Positions 30,395-41,939 of a stretch of DNA of 64,000 nt are shown piece after piece. Every line of letters begins with the position of its first letter. The first letter of the stretch is position 1. The DNA comes from the human T2T-CHM13v2.0 reference genome, Homo sapiens. The notes under the pieces are model-generated. The model saw only the letters and a list, made by a program, of their open reading frames with translations. It was not told the DNA's origin and made no database searches. The stretch lies in the NCBI RefSeq assembly GCF_009914755.1, contig NC_060925.1; one strand, written 5' to 3'. A program made the position numbers and the translations under genes.

Positions 30395-32746
30395 TGATAT
30401 GGTTTGGCTGTGTCCTCAACCAAATCTCATCTTGAATTCCCACATGTTGTGTGAGGGACTTGGTGGGAGGTAGTTGAATCATGGAGGCAGGTCTTTCCCA
30501 TGCTGTTCTCATAAAAGTGAGTAAGTCTCAAGAGATCTGATGGTTATTATAAGAGGGAGTTTTCCTGCACAAGTTCTCTTTGCTTGCTGCCATCCACGTA
30601 AGACATAACTTCCTCCTCCTTGCCTTCCACCATGATTCTGAGGCTTCCCCAGCCATGTGGAACATAAATCCAATTAAACCTCTTTCTTTTGTAAGTTGCC
30701 CAGTCTTGGGTATGTCTTTATCAGCAGCATAAAAACAGACTAATACAGAAAATTGCTACCAGTAGAGTGGGAAGCTGGTGAAAAGACACCTGAAAATGTG
30801 GAAGCAACTTTGGAACTGGGTAACAGGCAGAAGTTGGAACAGTTTGGAGGGTTCAGAAAAACGCAGGAAAATATGGGAAAGTTTGGAACTCCTTAGAAAC
30901 TTATTGAATGGCTTTGACTAAAAGCCTGATAGCCATATGGACAATAAAGTCCAGGCTGAAGTGGTCTCAGATGAAGATGAGTGACTTGTTGGGAACTGGA
31001 GCAAAGGTGACCCTTGTTATGTTTTAGCAAAGAGACTGGCAGCATTTTGCCCCTGCCTTAGAGATTTGGGGAACTTTGAACTTGAGAGATGGTTTAGGGT
31101 ATCTGATGGAAGAAATTTCTAAGCAGCAAAGCATTCTAAAGGTGACTTGGGTACTGTTAAAGGCATTCAGTTTTATAAGGGAAGCAGAGCATAAAAGTTC
31201 AGAAAATTTGCAGCCTGACAATGTAATAGAAAGGAAAATGCATTTTCTGAGGAGAAATTCAAGCTGCTTGCAGAAATTTGCATAAGTAATAAGGAGCCAA
31301 ATGTTAATCACCAAGACAATGGGGAAATCCATTTTCTGAGGAGAAATTCAAGCTGCTTGCAGAAATTTGCATAAGTAATAAGGAGCCAAATGTTAATCCC
31401 CAAGACAATGGGAAAATGTATCCAGGGCATGTCAGAGGTTTTCACAGCAGCCCCTTCAAAGCACAGGCATGAGTGTGGTGACCTAAGAGAAAATGATTTC
31501 GTGCGCCCAAGGTCCCTGTGCTGTGTGCAGTCTAGGAACTTGGTGCCCTGGGTCCCAGCCACTCCAGCCATGATTAAAAGGGGGCAAGGTACAGCTTGGA
31601 CTATTGCTTCAGAGGGTAGACACCCTTAGTTTTGGATGCTTACATGTGACATTGAGCCTGCAGGTGCACAGAAGTCAAGAATTGAGGTTTGGGAACCTAG
31701 ATATCAGATGTATGGAAATGCCTTGATGCCCAGACAAAGTTTGCTGCTGGGGCACGGCCCTCATGGATCTCTGCTAGGACAGTGCAAAAGGGTAATGTGG
31801 GGTTGGAGCCCCCACACAGAGTCCCTACTGGGGCACTGCCTAATGGAGCTGTGAGAAGAGGACCACCATCCTCCAGACCCTAGAATGGTAGGTCCACTGA
31901 CGGCTTGCACCATGCACCTAGAAAAGCCACAGACACTCAATGTCAGCCCATGAAAGCAGCCAGGAGTGGAGCTATACCCAGCAAAGCCACAGGGCAGAGC
32001 TGCCCAAGACCATGGGAACCCACCTCTTGCATCAGTGTGATCTGGATGTAAGGCATGGAGTCAAAGGAAATCATTTAGGAGCTTTAAGATTTGACTGCCC
32101 TGCTGGATTTTGGACTTGCATGGTACCTGTAGCCCCCTTTTTTTGGCCAATATCTCCCATTTGCAATAGCTGTATTTATCCAATGCCTGTACCCCCATTG
32201 TATCTAGGAAGTAACTAACTTGCTTTTGATTTTACAGGCTCATAGATGGAAGGGACTTGCCTTGTCTCAGATGAGACTTTGGACTGTGGACTTTTGAGTT
32301 AATTCTGAAATGAGTTAAGACTTTGGGAGACTGTTGGGAAGGCATGATTGGTTTTGAGAGGACATGAGATTTGAGAGGGGCCAGGGCCAAATGATATGGT
32401 TTGGCTCTGTGTCCCCACCCAAATCTCATCTTTAATTCCCATATGTTGTAGGAGGTACCTGGTGGGAGGTAATTGAATCATGGGGGCAGGTCTTTCTCAT
32501 GCTGTTCTTGTGATAGTGAATAAGTCTCATGAGATCTGATGGTTATTAAAAGGGGGAGTTTTCCTGCACACCTCTCTTTGCTTGCTGCCATCCATGTAAG
32601 ATGTGACTTGCTCCTCCTTGCCTTATGCCATGATTGTGAACCTTCCCCAGCCACGTATAACTGAAAGCCCAATTAAACCTCTTTCTTTTGTAAATTGCCC
32701 AGTCTTGAGTATGTCTTTATCAGCAGTGTGAAAACGGACTAATACA
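30395..32746 (+). mobile_element. Full-length THE1C-like provirus (LTR 30395-30747, LTR 32392-32746)
   Basis: Two LTRs plus THE1-int; degenerate TSD AGTAC/GGTAA. Confidence 0.93.
31241..31417 (+). repeat. 89 bp-period tandem duplication within THE1-int
   Basis: cattttctgaggagaaattcaagctgcttgcag...caagacaatggg at 31241 and 31330, near-identical. Confidence 0.95.
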
Positions 32747-35352
32747 GGTAAAGTGGAAAATATCTATTTAACACAAAAGAAGGGCAGAACAGAAGATTAG
32801 AAGAACAAGAAAGGTATAAGATATATAGAAAAAAAGTAAAATGGCAGATATAAATCCTACCTTATCAGTAATTATATTAAATGTAAAGGAATTAAACACT
32901 CTAGTCAAAAGCAGAAGTTGGCAAAATGAATTAATAAAACATGGTCTTACTACATATTGTCTAGAAAAGACACATAATCAGACTCAACAAAAGCATAGAG
33001 CAATATCACTTTTGAAAGAGATGGAAATATATTAAAATATCAGCAAAACAAATTCTACAATATACAAAAATGTAATACCTTATCACTAGTAAAGATAGTT
33101 ATATATTAGGGAAGTCACCAGTTCAAAACAATAGCAATTATTGGACAAAAACTCATACAATTATATCAGTATATAAAGAATAAATTACAAAATTCAACAG
33201 TAGTTCATGATTTTTAAAACACAACTGGCAAAAGAAGAAAACTTGATTACAAAGTTAAAAGATTTCTACCAAAAAAACCTGCATCATATCTTTATTTATT
33301 CAGATTATAAATATTTATTTTATATCCACATTTATCAGATACTTGTCTTAAGCATTGTGATATAGCAATAAAAAGAATCAAGACCTTGTTGTCATGGAGC
33401 TTGCAGTCTACTGGTTAAACATTTTTTAATATTTGTTACTATTTAGAAAAATTCTCATTGAAGTCAAAAACAAGGATGCCTACTCCTGCTCTTCGACCAA
33501 TTAGAAAACATACGAGAAAAAATATCCTACTAAAAAGTGTCCAAAATTATGAATTTCATTGGAATTGATCAATATAACAATTGCATGAATTTTGTGGGGG
33601 CAATTAAAAAATATTATTAAAGGTCATATAAAAATATGAATAAATGGAGATTTATGCCATGTATATGGAAGACTCAATATCATAAAAAAGGCAATTATTT
33701 TTCATGGAACATGAGAAGAGAATTCTAAAATTAATATGGACGACTGAATGAGTAAGAAAAGTCAAGACTCATTTGAGTGAGGGCTGGGCTGCTAGATACC
33801 AAGATTTATTACAATGTTATAAAAGTTAAAATAGTTATATATTAGTATAGGAATAGAGATATGTAATGGAGTAGAGAATCCCATAATACGTACATAAATA
33901 TATAAAGATTTGACAGAAATGATGTTATAAAACAGTAAAAAAAAATGGTGCTGGTGAAAAAAAAATAACTAGCTTGTCTCAGTTGAACAAAATAAGAAAG
34001 TAAGAAAATGGTGTTGGAATTAATGGATTTCCATTAAAACAGTGAAATTGGCCCTAATTTCACCCAAAACACAAAAATTAACATCAGAGAAATAAAAAAC
34101 TTAACTACAAAAAAATTATTAGTAGAAAATGTGGGAGAATATATGCTACTATATGGTTGGAAAGGTATTTTTAAATAAGGCACAAAAGCACAGGCCATGT
34201 AAGAAAGATTGATAAATATGTCAAAATTAAAATGTAAAAATTTGTATTTCAAAAGATAAGATAAAGGTAAAAAAACAGTTACAGGTCTGGGAGTAGATAT
34301 TTGCAATATATATATAACAAATAATTATTACCCAGAATGTGTAATAAACTGCAAATCAATTTTTTAAAAGAGACACTTATGTTTACCAAACAATATTACT
34401 TTTTTCCCCTTCACCCAGGGTTTCTCTAAACACCTGAATTAGAAGAAATCATTCTTAGACTCTTAAATTCAGGTTTTTAAACATGTTTCTTAAACATCAG
34501 TCATTGACTGTTTATCCTACTGCTTGGAATATGGAAACTGTGTATCTTTTTATTATGTGCAAATGCAAGAAAAATGCTTATTTTAATTAAGGTAGATCTA
34601 GATCCTTCCTGTCAGAAGATTTATCGGGTACATAAATATATCTTACATATGTTGTAGTTAACTTAATTGTCTGCATCTTGGTACTGTTATCCTCCTGCCA
34701 CTGGGTTTAATTACATTGCATTATGACTTGTAATTAAACAGAACAAAAAATCATTACATGATTAGTTGGTTTTATAAGGCCTTGAAACCTTTTGCTAAGA
34801 GCTCTTGTTTGTATTACAGCTATTTCCACTATGATCAATGTTCATAAAATTATTTCTAATCTGTGAATTGTCAGGTATACAGTTGCAAATTGCTTGAAAT
34901 TTGAGCTCAAAATCCACTAATGTGCTTTGATCTGGTTGGGCAAAAACCTTCTATTCATGCAAATGAACACCATTTTGTATCAATCTTATTTTAAAATTTG
35001 TTCTGTTCCAAATGGGAGTACTGAAAGTCTTAAAGTAACAACTGATAAACTCATTTTGACTAAATAGTCTTTATTATACAATTAACATAAAAAGAAGTTG
35101 CCATTTAGAGGCAGCTGAGTTGTGTCTTTCAATGACTCTTGATACTGCCAGGGCATGCATCTTGTACACCTTTCTATGATGCCATGAGCAGTGGCATGAG
35201 GGTGAAAATAGATTGAAAGGTGCTTAAGCTATACCTGTGACCATAATCCAACATTTATATAATTGTGAAGTACTGTACATATCTTTCGGTAAAACCACCA
35301 CGCAGTTGTATGCCTAGACTTCTTGCACTGACATTTTCTTCCTCCCTCCAAA

Positions 35353-35653
35353 TTTTTTTTTTTTTTTTTTTGAGACAGAGTCTTGCTCTGTCGCCCAGGC
35401 TGGGGTGTAGTGGCCTGATCTCGGCTCACGGCAAGCTCCCGCCTCCCGGGTTCGTGCCATTCTCCTGCCTCAGCCTCCCGAGTAGCTGGGTCTACAGGCG
35501 CCCACCACCGCGCCCGGCTAATTTTTTGTATTTTTGGTAGAGACGGGGTTTCACCGTGTTAGCCAGGATGATCTCGATCTCCTGACCTCGTGATCCGCCC
35601 TCCTCGGCCTCCCAAAGTGCTGGGATTACAGGCGTGAGCCACCGCGCCCGGCC
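35353..35653 (-). mobile_element. Full-length AluY
   Basis: CpG-rich dimeric Alu with AluY diagnostics; TSD cctccctccaa (35341-51 / 35654-64). Confidence 0.95.
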
Positions 35654-36316
35654 CCTCCCTCCAACTTGACGGTCACACTTTCAAGCTATCCTACAATCAA
35701 ACGCTGCTTTTTTCAGAGAATGTAGAACCAATATATTGAGATACACTACTTAATCCCAGGAACTATTTTACATATGCTGTGTCATTTAAATCTCACAACA
35801 ACCTTGTAGGTAGGCTATTACAGTCTTACAGACAAACAAACTGACTCAGAATCTGATAAATTTTTTGGCTTAATAGAAGCTGGCTAGAAAGTGACACATC
35901 TGCTATTTAAATCTAGTTGTTTCTAATTCCAAAGCTAGTAACCATTTTTTTCCCTTCTGTTTTGACTTTTACGAGGTTGTTTGCTGTTGAAATTAAGTGA
36001 CAAACTCATATCTATTACATGAACACTGAGGTTAATTGCAGGGTGGCTTCATCCAGCCAGGGTAACTCCATATGTCTATAGAACCCCCTTCAAGGAATGG
36101 TGAGGAAGAAACTTTTAAGATCCCCCCTTCATCTAGGAGTTGAGAAGGGTAGATAAGATTCTTGGATACTAGGTATTTAAGAACTTTCTCAGATGAAAGG
36201 AAGCTGAGAACAAAGTAAGAAAGAATACCTTTTAGGATTCACAAAATTATGAGAAGTCAGCCGCATACGGTAGGTCAGCTTTTTAATGTATTTGCTCCTT
36301 TTCTTATTCATTGACC

Positions 36317-36413
36317 TGTGAAAGGAAAATATCTTGGACCTCCAAAATCACTAAGGAAAACTCGAGCTGGATATTGCTTAGGGCAAACCTGCCTCCCATT
36401 CTATTCAAAGTCA
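36317..36413 (+). mobile_element. MER4-family LTR 5' stub
   Basis: TGTGAAAGGAAAATATCTTGG...CTTAGGGCAAACCTGCCTCCCATTCTATTCAAAGTCA, then abrupt loss of similarity. Confidence 0.75.
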
Positions 36414-36597
36414 CAGAGCATTACAAGAAGCGTATTATTATTATGCTTAAGTTAGAATATTAAAAGAGGAGCCCCAAAATATCTCTTTAGGTTCATCCCA
36501 CCTAATTCACTTTGCCTTTAGGCAGGCTTTGCCATGAATTTTCTACTCACAAGATAAATTTCTAATGATTGTGCTCCCCATCCTGTAAAACAAAATA

Positions 36598-36880
36598 TTT
36601 TTCTTTTAAACTTTTGTTTTGAAATAATTTTAGATTTACAGAAGAGTTGCAAAAGTAGTACAGAGTTTTTACATACCCTTCATCCAGTGTCCCCAAATGT
36701 TAACATTTTATATAAGCATGGTATATTTATCAAAACTAAGAAATTAACATCAGTACATTCCTATCAACTAAGCTTCGGACTTTGTTAAAATTTTGTCTGT
36801 TTTTCTACTCGTGTTCTTTTTCTGTTTCAGTATCCAATTGAGAACACCACATACACCTAGTCATCATGTCTCTTCAGTCA
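36598..36880 (-). mobile_element. L1MC-type 3' end
   Basis: ttttgaaataattttagatttacagaagagttgcaaaa.tagtacagag. Confidence 0.7.
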
Positions 36881-37599
36881 GAGGACACAGCATTTAATGT
36901 TGAATGGTAATAATGGCAAAGATGTGGAAGACTCATACAAGGTTGTTGCGGGTGGAAGAGAAAGCATATTAATCAACTTCTTAAAATTTCATAGCTAAAA
37001 AAGAATTTCTGAGTCTTTCCAAGAGGAAACAATGTTGGAAGAACCCCAGGAGTCTGTCTTCCCAATTGCCCTGTTTTCTACTTCTCCTAAGGATGAGATG
37101 AGGTGAGTATCATTGTGGTGCAAGACAGCAGACTCTTGCTCCCTCTCCAACATGTCCTAAAGCAGTGCCTGCTTTCCTCTGCTTACTCCTCTGTGCAGTA
37201 AACTCACTAGAGAAGAGCATTTTTAGCTCTGCAAAGGGAAGCCCACAGTCCTCCAGCGGCTCTCCCTGTAAGTAGAAGGATGAGTCAGTTCATATTAGGT
37301 AGTACAGAGGTTTAGGGTGAAAAGCTAATATTTTGAGACTCACAATTCCACATATTTTTCGTATTTATTTTCATACTAGTTAAAATGTAAAAAGATCAAG
37401 GGGTATAATTAGCACCTGCAGAACCTTTAGCAGAGATTGCCATCTAGGCTATGGTTTGCTTGCGTTTTGGTATAATGTTATAAAAGGTAACCTAAATTGT
37501 TGAAAACTGTTTTCTTTTAAAGACATAATTAAGAAACGTTTCTGTAAAATAAAGCACTAATATATTATCAGAATTCTTTATGCAACAATTTAGTAACCA

Positions 37600-37830
37600 T
37601 ATTATATATACATGTGCATGTATGCACATGTATATACATGCATATTCTGACTAATAAACTTTTATATGTATTTATGTGTCTATGTACATACACATAGATA
37701 AACTTATGTGTGTATATATGTACTATGTATGCATATACACATGCATATACATATATGTACATATATACACATACACATAGATGCTTATATACAAATATAC
37801 ACACATATGCAAATATATACATATATATTT
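37600..37830. repeat. Degenerate (TA/CA/TG)n alternating purine-pyrimidine repeat
   Basis: Visible directly. Confidence 0.85.
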
Positions 37831-38107
37831 TTTATCCCATGAGTCATATATATTGTGTAGGGTAGGTTGTACTATGATAACCAACTGAAAATCTCAGCAG
37901 CTTAACACAATATAACCTTATTTTCTACTCAAATTGTGTAACTATTTTTGGTTGACATGGGACTCAACTCTAGAGTCACTCAGAAACCCAGGCCAACAGG
38001 GGCTTTACTATGTGGTAGCTGCAACATTTAGAACATGAAACTGTCTCGATCACCAAAAGAAAGCCTGGATAATTGAACACACGATATCCACAATCACAGC
38101 CACACAT

Positions 38108-38154
38108 ATTAAAAGTAATGGAAAAAAACCACAATTACTTTTGCACCAACCTAA
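38108..38154. mobile_element. Half MADE1 (Hsmar1-derived MITE) inside an MLT1-like remnant (~37850-38280)
   Basis: attaaaagtaatgg.aaaaaccacaattacttttgcaccaacctaa + TA: one TIR plus spacer. Confidence 0.85.
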
Positions 38155-41100
38155 TAATTTTCATTTACAATTTATTGGCTAGATCTAGTCACAATACTTT
38201 ATTCAGTTTCATGGAAGACAATAATCACATCCTCTAGGTATACAGAAGAGGAGAATAAAATATTGGTAAAAAATATGTATAGCTATTTGGGAAAAAACTA
38301 CCTATTTGAAATGAAACTATTTTCCTTTGTGCATAAGTCAGGGTAAGTAACACCAGTAGCTATAACAAACAACTTTTAAATTCCAGTGACTTGAAAAATG
38401 CTTGCTATGTTAATTATGTTTATTATGTTTGCTCATTTGATGACATAATGCAGTTGGCAGGAGATCCCTGCTCTAAACAGTCAGATTGGGACTTCAAAGC
38501 CTAACATTTTATGACATAATAAACACTGGAAAATGACAACAATAAAGAAGTGACAGTATTTTTCCTGTAGATTCAGCAAGTAAGATGATTCAACTACTTT
38601 GTCCTTTAACAAATTAAGTGAGCAGCACTCTGAAGGAGATTGCTCAGCCACTAATCCCCTCAGTGCTGAAGTACTGTGATTTTTTTTTTTTTTTTTTTTT
38701 GGGTAGAAAATAGCAGACTGATTCATAAACAGTTTTCTGGAAGAATAACGTAGTCATTCTGGCTTATCTAAGTTCTGGCAAGACCTGTTATAAAAAGAAT
38801 ACTTTAGAGGAGTTTTGTAAGAAAAATTTATTTCCTTAGCTTTCCTTCCTTATCTTCTATCTCTCTTGCCTTGTACTTAGTGCTAAACCTTTCAGCTTGT
38901 CGAACACATTTGCTGCCGACTGTAGCTGAGGAATTCTCATACCTCTTGTGTCCTTAATATATAATGTCCAATTCCTCAGCATGAACAGCTTGAAGTTTCG
39001 GGCTATTTGTCCTCCCTTTTCTTAAATAAACAAAGAAAAGAAAACCTAACTCAGTAGTTTTAAAACTTGTAAATAACTTGTAGATTGAAAAAAACCAAGA
39101 TCCACGAAACTTCAACCAGAATTTATTTGAAATTATGTGGGACCATTTAAATATTCCACAGAACTAAGAAAAATATGTACAAATTTCTTTCGAAGTTACA
39201 TTATCCTCAAGGTAAGAGTTGTTTGGAGAGATTCCTGGTCTCGTGTGAGAAATTCTTGGTATCCATTCTGGTCCAGCCATCAGTTATCTTTCTGACCTTG
39301 AGTGAGAATTGTCTACTAGATCATTCTCAGCACTTTCAGCTGTAATGGTTTGTAAGGCGTTGACTAAACTGGCTGCAGCAACCTCTATAGTGTCCTTAAG
39401 GCTCCTAAGTTTTCACTGTGTAACCAGAACCATGCATCTGAAATAGTTGACTAGCAATCTGGATCTGTATTTTTATTAACTCTACAGTTGGTTGAGTTTA
39501 ATTGCTGTGCCAATGTTCAATGTTTAAAATCACCTGATGGCAGGCCCTTGGTTTGCCTCATTCTCAGTGCTATGTATTCACCTCTTTGTAGTTAATTGCA
39601 AGATAGAAAGTAGAATAACTGAATAGGAACAAAACCTGGGAACTCCATTTTATAGAGTATTTATACAAATAATCTATGTCTAGGCAGAAGAAAAGATATC
39701 CGGAAACATTAATCCTCTAGCTGAAGTAAATAGGGCATTATAATTACTATGATAACAAACAAAGGCAATGGCAGAATGGAATAACAACCATCTATCAATT
39801 CTGGGAACAAAAAGTGCAACACCTGACCAGTTCAAGCATTTGGTATCACATGACCTGATGTCTGACTATATTAGTTAAACCTAATAAGACAGATACACTT
39901 TAATGGCAAAGATGGTTTGTTCTGTTTTTCTGGTATATTCACCAGTATCAACTAATTATGGATTGAGAGCACATTATTCAACTTCTCCAAATCTATTTAA
40001 AGCCTCTGTAAAATTACTGGGTTTGCATTAGATGTCCTTAAAAGTTCCTTTTAGCACTAATCATCCAGTCCATTTCTCATTCTTTGATACTTATGTCATC
40101 AGAGTCTTGGGAGCCGACAGCTTTTCACGTCTTCCATTCAATACAGTATCTCTACATAGAACCAACAATCTTTGTTCATTCATGTTTTAACAGCATACTA
40201 CTGGGATTATGATCTTATGTTTTGATTTCTTCTTCCTGACTTCTGCATGCATTTATGTAATTTTTTTAGCTGAATAATTTATAGTGGTAGATTCTGGATC
40301 AGCTTTCTTATTCCTTGACTATGGTTCCTAGTTCCAGTTTTATGTAAAAAGATTAGAATGAATCATGAGCAAGTTGGTGCTTTTGTTTGCCACTTGGGAG
40401 CTCTGACTGTAAAGTAAGATGTCTGGGTTTGGAGCACTTAAAGACAGTTGCACACATTAAAACATGTTTTTGATGGCATGAATTGTTTACCAGAATGCTT
40501 GATTTATTCTCCTCTCTTCACATGGTTTCAGAAAAGTGTTGCATATCTCCTTTACCCTGTGTGATCAAATAAGTGAATGACTGTGTTCTTGATGAGGTGG
40601 AATATAAACAGGTCCAGTGCTTTCCTGGGGTATCATTCTTAGGTGCAACTTGTGAAATCTTTAGCTGTCTTAATTCCAGGAGAAAAGACAAAGGCACATT
40701 TAAGTGATAAATGCGTTGTTATAAGGCAAGATCACATACTAGCATCACATAAAGCCTTTGTATGATGTCTGGTTGTTCAGGCATATATGACACATTGAGT
40801 ACAGATGACTGAGCACAGCAATTGTGTGAAATCAGATTAATATGTCCCAAAGTATCCATTATAGAACTATCTCAGGAGAAAGACCATCATTTTAATGACT
40901 GGGAGTAGAGGTAAATAAAGGTCAAGTGAGAATGGAGCATATCTGAATTGCAGCTCTCTTGACAGAAATTTACTATGATTACCATAAACTTTCTATCTTG
41001 TTTTCATAACATTTACCCCTCCTTATTTTATGTCTTATTGCCACCACTCCTCCCAATAACACAACTATAAAGTAATTTTTCACTTTGGATTTGACTCTAT

Positions 41101-41939
41101 ACAAATCCTCTGAGCATTTTCATCTTGAGTGTTGAGAGGGTGTGTTTTCTTAAGGTTGTACTAGATAATGCCATCTTGCTACTATGTAGAGCAGAAACTT
41201 TCAAGAACAAAGAATAGCTTTTTAGGAAAGGCCTAATCAGTTGTGTTTCTTCAACTGGGTGATGTACATAGGATCACTCCATGAGATTAGAAGCCAGTCT
41301 CCTGCTCAGCAAAGCTCAAAATGACACGGGAGCAATGTAGTACTATCCACTGGTAAGGTACAACTGACCTTTCTATTGCTCTTGTGTTACAAAAATGAGG
41401 GACATTATTTTAATTTAAATGTCAACATTCAAACTTGAAATGACATAGTAAGCATAAATATTCACCACGATATACATCAGAGTCCTTGACTCAAGGGCAG
41501 TAGATAATATTTTCCACATTATCTTGACCTTCTGGGTATATAATATCAATCAAATATATTTAACAGAAAAAATTCCTAAGCCATTATGTTTGGTTGTCAG
41601 GTTCATAAAGAGGAGAATGATAGTAATGAATTTTGCCTGAGTCTGGGTAATTCCCTAGCCTCATAGGAAGCTGTGTTGTGCCTGAATCCATTATTTTTTA
41701 TTCATTCTACTATACATGTCGTACTTACTACACTCCAGGATCTGGGGATGTGAGGTGAACAAAGCATATTAATTCAGGTCATAGTCAATTCCTAAACACT
41801 GTAGATTGATGTATTCTGAAGTGCCTCAGTGCATTCATTCATGAAAAAATATTTATTCTGCCCTATCTACAAGGAAACAGGTGCGTGATATACATCAGTG
41901 AAGTGAATAAAGATTTTAAACCCTTATGGAGTATACAGT

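Larger units (their letters stand above)
28930..34380 (+). mobile_element. Old L1M (ORF1/ORF2 remnants) interrupted by THE1 at 30395-32746
   Basis: A-rich L1-like sequence; ORF2-start-like MADINPTLSVIILNVKELN at 32841 (EN N-terminus); continuity across the THE1. Confidence 0.75.
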
